In this document: in pieces, positions 13,504-28,640 of the stretch | Numbering within the stretch: position 1 is the first letter of the stretch | Layout of the letters: each line of letters begins with the position of its first letter | Origin: Gnetum montanum | Taxonomy: Eukaryota > Plantae > Gnetophyta | Assembly: GCA_015680685.1 (NCBI GenBank) | Contig: MNCI01002615.1 | Coordinates: forward strand, 104,524-168,523 | Direction of reading: 5' to 3' | DNA: 64,000 bases | Made by a program: the position numbers and the translations under genes | Notes under the pieces: generated by a model | Database searches by the model: none | Seen by the model: the letters and a program-made list of their open reading frames with translations, nothing else | Told to the model about the DNA's origin: nothing

Positions 13504-16500
13504 TGTGGACCTTTTGGTGTGTTTTTTTATGCTCAAAACATTAAGTAAAATGGAGAAAAAATTTGTTTGTATGGTTGTATGGTTATTATGTTTGTAGTAC
13601 TACATACACGGGAAATCAAGATGAGCTAAAGAGGACAAGGAGAAAACTATCCTAGATCTCAAAGAAGGATGTCATCACATGTCTTCAAATGAACATCCAA
13701 AGAATGTGGACAAGGACCTAATATTGAATAAGCAAAGTTATCATCATCTAAGCATGCGGAAGGTCAAGACTATGGACAAGGAATGATACATTCAAAATAC
13801 AAGGGAAAAGTAAAGAAAGATGTCTATGGGAAGCAGTAGATGTCTTGGAAAATTTGGAGTGGATTCAAACAAAGATGTCTTTAGAAACAATAAGATGTCT
13901 TTCTCACACAAAGACATCTTTGCATATTGTAGATCAAGTCCAAAAAAATGTCTTCCACAAGATAAAGACATCTTCCAAATTAGAGACTTCAAAAAGACGT
14001 CTTTCAAGAAATAAAGATGTCTTTCTAGAATTGAAGGATAATTTAGAAAGACATCTTAGGTGTGGAAAAGATGTCTTGCATGACTGTTAGTAACTTTTAG
14101 CTATCTGTTGCATGATTTTTAAGAAGGATTTAGTAACACGACAGCTATAAGAAGACTTCATGTGCATTGGGAAAAGTGCAATAATTATTGTATTTATTGT
14201 ATAATCATTTGTAATCATTGAATTCTCTATTTCTCCTCATTGTCTAATCATTTTGGATTTGTAAAGTGTGCTATACCTAACTTTGCAAGCATAAATAAAT
14301 CAAGATGTAATTATTCCTTGAAATTCTTGTTATTGTTGCCCTGTAGGGTTGATGTGATTGAGCTTGTTAGGATCTTGAGAGATTGAGTTGTTGGTGTTGT
14401 AGTACAATACTCTAGTGCAAATCTTAATATTTTAAAGGATTTGGAAGCCTTGAAACCACATTTCCAAGCTTGATGAGACCTTTCAGGGCTGAGTGATTTA
14501 TGCTACAGTACAACACTCCAGAGCAAGGCTTGACAACTATACAAGGTATGAACCCTTCAACCACATTTAAGTGCAACAAATTTCTGAGGTGTGCTTGCAA
14601 TCTATCCTTCGAGTGTAGAGTACCCAAGTTGGGGAACCATGTAAATTTATGTGTGTGATTTTTTTTTAGATTTCTATTTGGGAAACTTATTCATCCCCCC
14701 TTCTAAGTTCAACGATCCACAAGTGGTATCAGAGCTTAGTACCCTTTGTTTTATCATCAACTTTCAAGAGTGAACAATGGAGGGAACTTTTTGCACAAAT
14801 CCACCCATGTTTAAAAATTTTACTTTGCCTATTGAAAATCCAAAATGCAAGTATTCTTTGAATCCATGGAGTTTGATGTCTAGAAACCAATCTTGAAAGG
14901 CTATACTCCATCCATTGATGGCACCACTAGCATGATCAAGCCTCACTCCAAATGGTCTCAATAGGAAAAGGATAAGTTCATGTTTTATCTAAAAGTAAAA
15001 AATTATTTATAGTATGAATTGAATAAATATAAATTCAATAGGGTAGCAAGATGTAAAACAACCAAAGAAATTTGGCAAACTTTAGAAGCTAGTTATGAAG
15101 GAACCTCTATTGTTAAGCAATCAAAATTGTTAGTTCTACAACGTGAATATGTTAAACTCAAAATGCAAGAAGGTGAGAAAATCAAGGATTATTCTTGTAG
15201 AGCTAACAATCTTGTTGTAGCTATTAGAAGAATAGGGAAAGACTTGCCCAAAAGTGATGTCATCATCAAAATGATCAAAACTCTTCAATTGGAGTTCAGA
15301 CCTAAAGTCATAGCCATGGAGAAAATCAAAGATTCCTCACTCTAAGATTTGAGGAACCTCAAAGTGCTCTCATTGCCTATGAAATGAATATAATAAGCAA
15401 AGGAGTGATTCAAGAAAAACCTATTGTCCTAAAGACTACCTCTAAGGAGAAGGAGGTCAATGAGCATGATGAGGGCAATGAAGATAAGATTGCTTTTCTC
15501 TCAAGAAGACTACTATGATTTCTTACAAGAATAAAAAAAGGGACATCCTAGCAACAATAAAGACCAAATTTCTTCAAAATTAGAGAAAAAGGTAGAAATT
15601 TTTTAAATTCTTCTAATCTAGATTTTTCTTTCATAGAGTGTTGGGTTTGTGGAGGAAGAGGCCATATGGCCTTCAAATGTTCTAGTGATCCAAATGATAG
15701 CAAAGTTTAGCCAAATAATAGATCCAATGATGAGGAATCGAAAAAGACCAACTTTTATACAAGTTGGGATGACAATGAGAAAATTGAGGTAGAAGCATGC
15801 AGTTCTCCTAACGATTCTCATCTCATTTGCATGGTGCTTACTGATGAACTTTCCACACATATGATTGAACAACATGGTAACTATGATGAGAGGTATAGTG
15901 AATTTAAGGAAGAAAATTTTCTCCTACATCATTTGATTAGGAAGGAAAAGAAACTAGTTCTTTCTAAGTTAAATACTATTCATGCTGAAATGAAAGAAGA
16001 GATCTCAGATCTAAAAGCTGAGATTCAACCACTAATCTCTTGTAGCAAGGAATGTAGCAAAATTCAAGATGAGGAAGTTCTTCGAAATCAACCAAAAAAT
16101 TTAGAGGAAGAAACACTTGAAGTTTCAAGCTCAAAGTCAAGCATAGTAAGGTTTGATAATTCTGATCATAAGAATGAAACTACTTTTATATGTAAAAATT
16201 ATGGTTTTATGCAAACTCCTAATTATGATGATCAAAATAAGATTAATTCTTAGTCTTGTTAAAAGGGATTTGGTAAGGAAATTGTGTAGGTACCAATCAG
16301 TGAGAATGAGGTGAAGTGGAGCTTTTTGAAAATAATGCAAAAATTGGTTCAAAGTTCTATCACAAAGAAAATGAATAGATAGAGACATCACATACACAAT
16401 CTAATGAAAGAGAACCTAAGGATAAGGAGGTACTTCATGATAGGGGACCTTATCTCAAACTCCATTAATCTTCTCAATTTATCAACAAGCAAGGTAAGTC

Positions 16501-19500
16501 AAGGTAAGTCTCTAGCTCTTTGCTTGCTAATTAATGAAGATAGGGTATGAGAAGTTCTAAATTATTTATGTCTTAGATTAAATATGTGGAATAAGAGTCT
16601 AGAGAAATTATTATATTGATTAATTCATTTTGTGAAGACTTATAATAGCAATTATAATAATTTCCCTTAGTTTGATTTATCATCTTACTCAATCTAAAAT
16701 TCTTGTGATGATCTGCTTTTATGTTCATGGTCTTTGGAATGATTTTTGAGACAAACCTCTATCAATATTACTGGTTAAAGATCTAGATCTTCATAAATAA
16801 GCTTAATGTTGATCTACAATTTTAGTATGTTTGTGATTTTTGCACATTGCTCTTAAAAGCCTAGATAAGTAACACATATGTGGGGTGGGGGGGAGGGGGG
16901 TGAGTTGGGTCCATGGAGACTTCAACCAAATGCACATTGAACAAGAAAATAACTTCAAGAGGTATTTATTGGGATGGCACAGTCTTGAATGGTTGTGTAT
17001 TAAGACTTTAAAAAATACTTAACTATATATGAATCCTTAGTTTCTTATTAGCATCTATTGTTTGCAAATGATTTTGGTTGTGGTATTGACTTGTACTAAA
17101 ATCAAAACATGCATGAATTTCATATTCTCTTGATAAATTATTTTTGGTTGAATTTATAATTTCATGATGCTATTAGTTTTCTTTTATCTATGATCTTTAG
17201 CATCAATTTACGCGGTGGCCCCCATTGTTTTGAATTGATAGCCCACCTATCCAATGTTCAATCATAAGCTTAAGAATGAAGTATCTAGTTTTATATAGCA
17301 AGTAGTTGATATTATGAGCAAGGCCATGATCATTTTTAAGTATCTATACTTTTCATTGAGTTATCCATTGAATAATTTGCTTTGAGATTCAAATTTTAGG
17401 AATTCAGCATGGCTAGTTTCAAGTTGTAGATTACTATATGCTCATTTACCAAGATGAAAGATCCATACTAATTTATTTTGAAAATAGATTGCTTGCTTCT
17501 TAATGTTCACACTTTACTTCAAGATCAAATATTGGTTGGAAAGCTTGGATCAATTCTTGATATATGTGTGGCAACACTTGTAATATTCTTGCTTTCCTAT
17601 TTGTATGATACTTGATAAAATACCTATCTCTGCATGCTCAATCTTTGACTATTTTCTACATGACCATATTTACCTTAGTAGAAAATTTAAGTGTATGAAT
17701 GTATATTTATCAAGCATGTTTTATCTTTAATCCATGGTTTTGTATGTTGCATTGCCTTGAACAAACAATGGAATATGCATATCTCACTCATAGCATTGAT
17801 CTTTAAAATTGAATGTTGATGATTCTAATTAAATTAATTTAAGCTCTTGTTTTGACCTCAAAAGTGTAGTTCTCAACTTTTACAAGAACACCTTAAGTGA
17901 AGGATGCAGTAAATTACCTACTACGTTATGAGCATTAACATGATTACTCTATGGGAATCCATTGTGAAGTTGTATGGCTATATTTACCTCACCATAAAGG
18001 TATGCCCATTTGCTAATGTTGTATAAAAATGAAGATTATCTAAATTTCAAGCACCTTGCACTACTAATGACTTATTATTTTAGAGACAAGTTAATTAAGC
18101 CTTTGCTTCACTTCAAGGTTGCATTTTACTTGGAAGGTTTGTTATGCTCATGTAAAATTTGGGGCACCTATTCATGGACCTAATAAATGCATACTGCCTA
18201 TATATTTCTAGGATCATGAGTGATTCTGAACTATCCATATTATATTTCTCTTTTATCTCTTTTCTATCCAAGTTTGTGCATGTTATCCTTTTTGTTGCTA
18301 TTTAAAAAGGGGAATAGTAGTATGGTTATATTTGTATGATCACTAACTCATTTTCTTAAGTTTTAAACATTACCAAAAATGGGGAGATTGTGGACCTTTT
18401 GGTGTGCTTGGTGTGCTCAAAACATTAAGAAAAATGGAGACAAAAGTTATTTTTATGGTTGTATGGTTGTTGTGTTTCTAGGACTATGTACACGAGAAAC
18501 CAAGATGAGCTAAAGAGGACCAGGAACACACTATCCTAGAGTTCAAAGGAGGATTTCACCCACATGTCTTTAAATGAACATCCAAAGAATGTGGACAAGG
18601 ACCTAATATTGAACAAGCAAAGTTATCATCATCTAAGCATATAGAAGGTCAAGACTATGGACAAGGAATGATGCATTCAAAAGACAAAGGGAAAGTGAAG
18701 AAAGATATCTCTGGGAAGTAGTAGATGCCTTAGTAGATTTGGAGTGGATTTAGACAAAGACACCTTTAGAAATAGTAAGATTCCTTTCTCAGACAAAGAC
18801 ATCTTTCATGAGATAATGACATCTTTACAGATTGTAGACCAAGTCTAGAAAGATGTCTTCCACAAGACAAAAATGTCTTCTAGAGTAGAGACTTCAAAAA
18901 GACGTCTTTCAAGAAACAAAGGTCTCTTCCCAAATTTGAAGGCCAATTTAGAAAGACATCTCAAGTGTAAGAAAGGTGTCTCCAATGATCATTAGTGACT
19001 GTTAGTTAGCCATTGCATGAGTTTCAAGAAGGATTTAGCAACATGACAGCTATAAAAAGACTTCATGTGCATTGGGAAAAGTGTAAGCATTGTTGTATTC
19101 TTGTACAATCATTTGTAATCATTTAATTCTCTATTGCTCATCATTGTCTAATAATTTTGGCTTTGTAAAGTGTGATATACCTAACTATGCAAGGATTAAC
19201 AAATTGAGTTGCAATTATTCCTTGTAATTCTTGTTCTTGTAATGTTGTGAGGTTGATGTGATTGAGCTTGTTAGGATCTTATGGGATTGAGTTGTTGGTG
19301 CTACTGTACAACACTTCAATGTAGAGTTTAATATTGTAAAGGTTTTGAAAGCCTTGAAATCACATTTCCAAGCTTGACGAGACCTTCAATGTTGAGTGAT
19401 TTGTGCTATGATAGACACCAGAGTGGGGCTTGATAACTATGCAGGATGTGGACCCTTCAACCACATTTGAGAGCAACAAAGTCTAGAGGTGTGATTATGA

Positions 19501-19624
19501 TCTACCCTCTAATTGTGGATTACCCAAGTTAGGGAACCACATAAAATTTTGTGTGTGCTTTGTTTGTTTAAGTTTTTATTTTGGAAACTTATTCATCCCT
19601 TCCTTCTAAGTTCAACAATCCACA
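13504..19624 (+). mobile_element. SIRE-like Ty1/copia element, structurally complete, non-autonomous (gag only)
   Basis: LTRs 13504-14721 and 18389-19624 (TGTGGA...TCCACA). Perfect TSD CTCTT (13499-13503 / 19625-19629). PBS TGGTATCAGAGC 14724-14735 and PPT AAAAATGGGGAGAT 18375-18388. Confidence 0.9.
14777..16253 (+). pseudogene. copia gag (UBN2-type domain + CCHC zinc knuckle), frameshifted
   Basis: CKTTKEIWQTLEASYEGTSIVKQSKL...LKMQEGEKIKDY, and CWVCGGRGHMAFKC at ~15638-15680. Confidence 0.85.
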
Positions 19625-22600
19625 CTCTTGACCTCTCTGGGATATTTTTTATTCCACAAACTCTCTCCTATAATGGAAGTCTTTGATATCTATTTATAGC
19701 TTTTGGAGTCACTTGGCACCTAAATTATAAAATTATGAATGTTTTTCCTATTAAAAAAAATGTCTTGGAAGTAGAAGAGATGTCCTACCCAGGAGACATA
19801 GTTCATAGAGGAGACATCTTCTTCTAGGCATGATAGATGTCTTGGATTTAGAGGAGACATCTTGCATATGTTGTAGAAATGTTTTTACATTTGTAGATCG
19901 TTACAAGAGATGCTAGCTTATATAGTAGACATATATCTTCCAAATAAGATGTCTTGTCTAATGGGGAGATATCTATCTTCAAGACAAGATATATTGTTTG
20001 ATGGGAAGGTGTCTTCTTGAATAATAATTTTAGATAAGACACCTTCTTTGAAGTCTTAATAAGCCAAATACAACTCCAATCATCTTCTCTTGTCTCCAAA
20101 ACTTGTAAAAATAATAAAATAATACAAAACACAACATACACACATAAAAATATAGAAAATACATAATCAAAATCCATTTATGATGATACATGGGATGGGA
20201 AATATTCTTTAGATCTTTTTGATTCTTAAAAACAAAACTTGTTTTTAAGTTTTCTCTACACTTTGGATAACATAAAGCCCCCACAAAGCCAAATCCTTCT
20301 CATGAATTCAAATTACATTTTTGGATTCCTCATCATTCCAACACATTAAGCACTCATGTATCTTTTGGATTCTTATGCTTCTAGCTTTCCTTGATTGCAA
20401 CATAATTCATTTTCTTGATGGCTTAGATGACTTTGGATCTTCAAGTACACCTTTGAGTATCTAAAGACTCTCCTCGAAGTTAGATGCAAGCACTTTGCTA
20501 GAGAAATAACTTAAATCTAAGACACGAAACACATAAGAAAATGGAAAATGATTAGGAAGATCATTCATCTTTTCTTTGATCTAAAATGCATCAATCTTCT
20601 TGAACTTGATCTTGGGGAAGTTTATATTCTTCAACTTCTCCTTGCCCAAATGGGGCCACACATAATCATCAATATTAAATATCATCATCTTCTATCTTAA
20701 GTTCTTGATAGTAATAATTTATTTTACATATTTTTCATGTTTTTTCTTTCCTTAATTATGAAAATATTGCATGCTTTTCACAAAATCCAAACTAACATGG
20801 GCACAATAATCAAATTTCCTAAAATCATCTATCATCTTGGTAGTATAATCATAGTTTTTCTCAAGTGAACTTTTCCTAATGATAGAATGATAAGAATTAT
20901 TATAACTAACTTAGCATGTGATAAAATATTTTTCCATATATTGAACTAATCCTCTCATGTAGGAACATCTCTTTTGATTCCCTTATTCTTTCTTATGTGT
21001 GTGTTTTGTAGGTTTCAAACACTAAAGAGACATTTGGAGGGATAGAAGATGTCTTAGCTAAGGCCTAAGAGTGACAACAGATATCTGGAGATCAAAGTAG
21101 ACATGTTGTTATTTGAATTAATGTCTCAAGCAAGACCTCTTAACTGAAAAGAAGATGTCTTTGGGAAGATTTCTTAAAGGAGATTTCTTCACTACAAACG
21201 AAATGTCTTAAGCAATATTTCTTGCTAGTTTTGAAGATGTTTAGGAAAAATAGTAGACATCTTTCCTGAGAGTTGGGTTGACACAGAGACATCTTCCCAA
21301 GGTTAGAGATGACCAATATAGATGGGAAAACTTTTAAAAACACCTATTCCAATTTGAGAAATAGCTAGAATATGATGAAAAAGGATGAAAATAGCTAAGG
21401 AGAAGGTGAGAAAATTTGGAAAACATATAAAGAGTCTTTAGTTAAGTTGGGAAAAGGTTTCTGGATTTTGTATCTTCTAGTTTATTTTAAATATTACTAT
21501 ATTCACCATTGTTGAGATGATGAGTAAGAGGAGAGAGATCTTAAGAGTGGATAGCTAAGTAAGAGAGAGTAGGTGAGCACACTGAGTGAGTGTGATTGGT
21601 GATTGCAACTTTAAGATCAATTTGTGATGTGTGTTCTATGCATCTATTCTTTTATGTCTTACTTATGAGTTGAGATTTTAGTTCCAAGTTGTGGGAGACA
21701 TTCTCTATTGGTCATGTCTTACATTGAGAACAACCATTATGTGGTATGATAGGTTTTGGATGCATGTGTGTTTTGAGAAATCTATTATAATCTTCTAATA
21801 AAATTAATTAAAGATAGCTAGTTTTCTTATTTTCTAATAAAAAGTTCTATCTTTATATAATATATATGAAACACCACCAAATTTATGTGTTGTAACCTTT
21901 GTAACCCCATCCCATGAAAACCGAGGCAAAATTTCATTGTTAATATGAAGGTTGTAATCCATTAGAAGAAATCTCACATATTTCATACTTTTGGGCCTAA
22001 AAATGCCTCATAAGTGGTGAAGGCCTCATTCACTAAGTAAAAGGAGTCACCTAGTATCTATATTTGGGCTTGGGAGAGTCAAAAATTCCTTTGGGAATGC
22101 CAAAAATGGTATTTTTATGAGTTTTATGAGGGATATACATTTTTCTATGTTGAGACATCCTTGTAGAGGGTAAGCCAGCAAGGAGACATCAAAACTAGTG
22201 TGTAGGAGTTTAGGGGAATGTAACTCATCTACTCCCAACTGGAGATGGGGTTAACTTAGCCTAGAGGGGTTGACCTTCATCCCCCATCATTGATCTCTCA
22301 TCTCCCTTAATGTTGGCACTCTTCCGTTAATGTGAAGGGATTAGCCAGTATGGAGGGGTCAATCAACTAGGATGCATGGGGGTGGATCTCACCTACCCCC
22401 TAAACATGGTAGCAATTTGGCAACCAATTTATAGCCAATTTTTTAGCCATTTGCAACCTAAATGATGGCCAAAACCCTATAAAAACCAAACCTTGATATA
22501 ATTTCAAGGTTTCACACTTTTGCAATTACACACCCTTGGCATTTTGCATACTTTGAGCATTCGGCATCCAAGAGCTCTTACTTTCTAGCAAAAGCATAGC

Positions 22601-23629
22601 TTCTTGGGACCTATCAATGTAGAACCTTCTTACTCTATTACCCTTGTTACCACCCTTGGAATCTGTGATCTTTGGGTATCAACGTTACCTCATTGGGATC
22701 CTCAAATCCCAACGTGGAGCTTCTTGGAAGCCCCAATTCTTCACATTTCCCAGCCCTAGCACTGACCAACATTTCAGATCTTAATTCATAACAAAGGAGA
22801 TTAAAAAACATCAAGAGTGACCAAGAATCCAAATCATGGAGTAGATTCTATCTTCTTTAACAAGCTTAGAACCCCCACAAAAGTGAACCTCCCTTTACTC
22901 TCCTATCAGTACTTTTGTACAAACCTCGAAACTCATTCTTTAATTATTTAATAAAGTTTGTAGTTTATTTTGTATGTAATTGTTATTCTTTTGAATTTCA
23001 TATCTACAAATTTTTACATTTTTATATTCCCTTTTGCATCCCCCTAAGTTCCTTAGTGATCTACCAGATCATCCAGAGCACCTTGAATCCCATTTTTTGT
23101 CAACAGCCTTTGGGATTTGAGGTTGAGGTTGTTTGTGGCTAAGAATCCATAGTTTTCTAATGATCAAAATTTTCTATTGCAATAGTTTTCTTGGTGTTAG
23201 AAGGAAGGCCTCTACCTAATTTTTGTGGCCAAATCTATCTCCCTCAATGCCAATGTTACCTACCCTTTGAAATTTTTTGATTTTACAGTAGAAACATTGA
23301 AATCCCCTTGAAAACTGAACACTACCCCTCATCCCCCTTGTGATAGAAACTCAAGCATGAAAGTTGCAGGTGGTTGGGTGTTGAGTTTTCACACCATCTA
23401 TTGTAAATTCTAAAGACAAAACTAGCATTGAACACCCACATGCAAACATTCCCTCTCATTGCCATTTCCATAATAAAACCAATGTTGGTTTGATACCAAC
23501 CAAAAATACTTTTCCCCTCCCTTGTTATGGAATTTGGTAGCTTGCAAAATCCATTTTGAGAAAGTTTAGGTTTCTATATTGGCTACCAAACTTGACCTCC
23601 GCACCCCCACCCCCCCACCCCCTCCCTTC

Positions 23630-24400
23630 ACCAATGTTGGTTTTAGAAGCTATGAAATCACTCCATCTCATCCCCTTCATTTTCCCTTGCCACACCTAGT
23701 GGTGTGACAGCTAGGAGGCCAACGTAGGTGAAGCTTAGTGCCAATGTTCTCAACATTTCATTTTTGGAAAAGGAGTGTACCCCTCTTTTGGCCTCTGCTT
23801 ACCACTTATAGTAAGTGATCTATTTTTGGTTGTTTTTTTCTTTTTTTTTGCTTCTTGTCACTAGATTTAAAGTTTTTGACAATTCCAATTACTAGAATTT
23901 GCATTCTTTTCTCCACCTTTCTAACATATTTCACCCTCCTTTTTCCAACTTTGATTTTGGAAGGTGTGAGATCCTCCTATCTCATCCCTCCTTTTTCCCC
24001 CTATCACACTTGAGGGGTGTAATAGCTAGGAAGCCAGTGTGGGTGAAGCTTGGTGCCAAGATTCTTAACTTTCCATTTTTAACAAAAGGGATGTACCTCT
24101 CTTTTGGCCCCCGCTAACCACTTATAGTAAGTGATCTATTTTTGGCTATTTTTGCCTCTTTTCACTAGATTTAAAATTTTTGACAATTCTAATTACTAGA
24201 ATTTACATTCTTTTCTCCACATTTCTAATAGTTTTCACCCTTCTTTTACCAACATTAGTTTTGGAAGGTATGAGATCCTCCTATCTCGCCCTTTCCTTTT
24301 CCCCCCTATCACACATGAGGGGTGTGATAGCTAGAAAGCCAACGTGGGTGAAGTTTTCTACCCCCTTTTCACCTTTCCATTTTAATAAAGGGGTATACAC
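23630..24400 (+). repeat. ~310-bp degenerate direct repeats in the 5' UTR of the Tat-like element
   Basis: The motif GGTGTGA.AGCTAG.AAGCCA..GT.GGTGAAG recurs at ~23700, ~24015 and ~24320 with conserved flanks. Confidence 0.75.
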
Positions 24401-25559
24401 CCCATTAATTTCCCACATTCTATTTATAACAAGGACTTTGTTTTTAGCCATTTTTACCTCTTTTGATCATTTTTGAATTCTACTTGCTAGGGTTGACTTA
24501 TTTTTTCCTTTTATAGCCTCTCTTAATCCATTTTTAGTAGAAGAGCCATGTCTCTTCCCTAATTGACCAAGTTTCCTTACAACTACATTGACAATGGGTT
24601 AGATCAACAAGCCATGAGGATCTATAATCCTAAAGACCTTGCTATCATTGAATGTATGCAATCCTTGAGACTTAGAGGAAAAATTCCTAGCTTTACAGTA
24701 ATAAATGAAGAACACTATAACTTTATTTGTGCCAATATCTAGATATGGATGTTGATCCCATGAGCGGAAGTAGAGATCAAGAGGGAATTCAAGCTCATCC
24801 ATCCTAATGGGAAGGAGTACATTCCCTTTCCTTATGACTGAATACCCCTTTAATGATATCTATGCAAGTGTTTTAGCCCTCCTCATTAAGGTTGACAAAG
24901 ATAATTGGAAGGTTACCTCTGAAGGGTAGCTAGAGGAGGAAGATGAATCTAGGGAAAAGTTCAAGCCTACCTTTTAGAGCAACGTTTCCAACAAGGAACC
25001 CCCAAGGCCATAGTGCCTACCTCTACCCCCTTCACCTCTTCCTCTAGATAGGTCCCACCACCTTTGTCCCCACCATACCTAACAATGTTTAGGCCCATGC
25101 CAATCATCACTACACACCAAGCACAATCAGTGTCATAGCCAACTACCTTTCACTTCTCCATGCCACTGGCTATCCAACCTCCATTAGCTTGACTAATGAT
25201 GGTGGAAGCTATTACTGCTAACTCGTTGACTAGCCATGTGGGGCTCACCATGGGACCCCAAGAAAATCATGGATCTCATACCTTCTTTGTCTTATATGTG
25301 CCACAAATATTGACATAAACCTCTTTTTCCTTATTTAGCCCATAGACTATGACCATGACACAACCTTTGCCTTCCATCTTGCAATCAATAGTAAGGCCAC
25401 AAGCCTTATAACAAATGCCACAACCAGATGTGCAAGCACCATAATCAATAGGGTCACTACATGGCTTGGATCAGGCCTTCCAAGTGATCTAGGGCCTAAT
25501 AGAAAAGTTGAATATGCCTAAAGGCTCTACTTCCCAAAGTTTTAAGATTGTGAATTTTT

Positions 25560-27880
25560 ACCAAGATGACCCCATCAGTCATGTGATCCCACCCTTGACA
25601 CTTCCTCTTGGTGTCCCTATTTCCCAATTCAGTAAGTATAATAGAGAAGGTGATCCCAACGCTCATCTTATAACCTTCTGATCCAAGTGCTTAGTATTGA
25701 AATTATGGCCTCATACCATCATGAGGATTTCTCATATGTCCTTGACTAGGAAAGCACTTGATTGATACCATGCCTTACCTAGAGGATCCATATCCTCTCT
25801 TGAGGACTTGATAGATTAGTTTGTTAATAGCTTCAAGTATAACTTGAAGCTTGACACCATGCTTGACCAACTCATGAAGCTTAAGCAAGAACTCCTTGAG
25901 CCCATACAGAAGTTCATCCAATGATGGAATGAACTAATGAATAAAATATTAGAGCCTATAGCCAAAACCCACCTTTTAACCATATTTAAGAGGATGGTTA
26001 ATGACTTTATCAAGTCCAAACTTTACTACTTTGACTCATGAACCCTTATCCAAGCATTCTCCTAGACCAAAAATATAGATGTTGTGGAGGCTATTCATGA
26101 CCTAGCCTACGTAGCATACAAAAACCAACATACATGGAGGGACAACAAGAAGAGTAATCACAACATGGTCATAGCAACTATGAATGAAGAGGTAAAGACC
26201 ACTAACCAAGGGCTAACAACATATCCATCAAAGGCCCCTACTAATAATAACTGTGATAAGCAACCATCAACCTCTAGGGCCACTACATCAATAATAACTA
26301 GATCCAACTTTGAAAGGAAGGATAGGTCTAAATACACTAGGGTACCATTAAAACCATTAGAGTTTCTAGACTAACTTTTGAAAAGTGAACATATTCAATA
26401 TAAACAAATGTTTGAAGCTTCTTGAAAGAAGCATGATATGCTCTATGAAATAGCCAAAGATCCCACCATAGTAATAAAAGATGACCCATAGATGCCTAAG
26501 TACTTCAATATAGACTGCTTTTGCCACCATAACCAACTACTTCGTCATGACATAGAATTTTTCCTTATGCTGAAGGATGACTTGCATAAGATGATAGATA
26601 GGGAAGAGTTGGTTTTAGATGCAACTAACCCTATCTAACCTTAGCACAAGGACCCATCAAATGCCAACAATGTTGCATATATCATATCAACATTCAACAT
26701 TGATGATAAGTGGAGATCCACAAGAGAACCATTTGTGATCCATGTATCGCCTCATGATGAAAGGGCTTCTTTAGCTTCCACTACTTCAAGATCCTTGTTT
26801 GTCATGAGAGTACTATCATGAGTACCTCTAAGGAAACTATTTGTTATTAGGGTTTCCCAACCCCCTATGACCTAATTAGCCATAACCCAACCAGCTAACA
26901 TAACCTTTGAACAACCTCCTATGATGGCCAATGCTATAGCATCTTCCTTATAAGCAATGACTAACAACCAAAAGGCTTCAACCAAGTAGAGGAAGAGACA
27001 AAAGCAAAAGCCTGATAACCAGGGCAACAAGTAGACTGAGTCATGGAAGGAAGTAGGCCTATAGAATTCCACTCCCATATTGACTATACTTATAACCTCA
27101 TCTATTCAACCCACTTCAACCAACAAGCCATTGGAGGATCCCAAAACCCATAGCCAAAAGAACAAGGGAAAGCCCCAAGAACAACAACCTAAGGCCAAAG
27201 TTCATATTTTGGGGTGCATGAAGGAAGTAAAGCCTAATTATGGTGACAAGCCCACAGCCAATGATAAGAGCTTCCTTAGTGCAATGGATCAAGTTAGATA
27301 ATCCCTCAAACAAAAGAATACAACTCTAAGCTTGTATGACCTAATCATAACTTATACCACACATCATGAGGCATTATTCAAGATGTTGACTTCCATCCCC
27401 ATTAGTGAGGATATCTCCAATAACAAGGAATCCATTCATGTAGTGATGGTTCCTCCCTCATCAAGAAAGGAAAAGTCAATCCCCCAAATGTTGAAGTAAC
27501 TAGGGTTTCTCTATTCAAACGCATATGCATAGGATAGTTTAAGGTTCATCAAGTGCATGTAAACAATGGGGCTATGGCTAATGTTATCCCATGCACCATT
27601 ATTGAATAATTAGGCTTGACCAAGTAAATACAACACACATTAATAGCCACTCTCAAGTCTTTTAAAGGATTGAGGGTAACTATCAAGGGGTCTATCTCCT
27701 TGAATTTTCTAATAGGGGAGAAATTTCCCACAAACATGAATTTCTTAGTGATGAAGGAGACATCAAGATTTAACCTTATCTTGGGAAGACCTTGGTTGGG
27801 TCAATTATGAGCTATGTCTTTACCCATCCAAAATGAAATCCACATTATTTATAAGGGATGTGAAATCATCATGCATGGTG
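25560..27880 (+). pseudogene. gag and aspartic protease of the Tat-like element, degenerate
   Basis: FSKYNREGDPNAHLITF...SLTRKALD*YHALPRGSISSLEDLID*FVNSF (gag). VHVNNGAMANVIP...FNLILGRPWL (protease). Confidence 0.8.
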
Positions 27881-28408
27881 ATAACATGGTGAATTTGGCT
27901 ATTAACAATGTGAACATAGAATAGGGGTTTTAAATGGAACTTCAAGAAGAAGCTCCCAACCATGAAGAGAGTATAAATCCAAGGATGGCAATGATGGGTA
28001 GCAAGATAAATTATGGGATGAACTCCCATTTAACAATATTAGCAAAGGGGATGACACATAAAAACTTGTGCAAAATAGACCTTACACATTTCCTAATCTT
28101 TCAAAGATTAGGATGATTCTACCTAACTGAAATACACTCTAACCTTTCCACCCCATGTCCTTGTAACTAGATATAACCAATAGCCATGTAGTCTAACATT
28201 TCTTTGTTAACTTGTTATGCATTTTTATGTACTTTATTTTACTCTTTATGCATGTATCCTAAGTTTCTACTTTCATTTGCATTTTTACTTAGTTATTACA
28301 ACCTTTCTCTTTCTTTACTTTTATGCATGTTATAAGCATCAAAAACCTCATAAAAATTTCAAAACTAGAAAAAACCATAAAAAATTTGCCAAAAAATATA
28401 ATCTTACA

Positions 28409-28640
28409 GGGCCTACTATGGCCTAACACTAGCACACCTATGGCTTGTTGAGATCTTAAACTGGCATCATGGCTTACTAAGACCTTAAACTAGCATTGTG
28501 GCCTATCAAGGCCTTAAACTAGCATTGTGTCCTATCGAGGCCTTAAACTGTCATCATAGCCCACTAAGACTTTAAATTGGTATTACAGGCCACTAAGACT
28601 TTAAACTAGCATCACAACCCATCATGACCTTAAACTTGCA
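28409..28640 (+). repeat. 29-bp tandem array (~8 units)
   Basis: Consensus ~TGGCCTACTAAGACCTTAAACTAGCATCA. The same unit occurs at 40605-40710 and 42757-43000. Confidence 0.85.

Larger units (their letters stand above)
12742..20272 (-). repeat. 3' LTR (~1.4 kb net) of a minus-strand LTR element, split by the SIRE-like insertion
   Basis: Perfect 11-bp terminal inverted repeat TGTTATCCAAA / TTTGGATAACA. Minus-strand PPT (AAAGCCCCCACA 20274-20285) and minus-strand TATA (~19690). Confidence 0.75.

Noticed and set aside
14724-14735. tRNA-complementary motifs as tRNA genes
   Set aside because: They are 11-20-nt primer-binding sites with no cloverleaf structure.
28409-28640. 29-bp repeats (also the 21-bp repeats at 33867) as a CRISPR array
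   Set aside because: The units are head-to-tail without unique spacers, there are no cas genes, and the context is eukaryotic transposon DNA.
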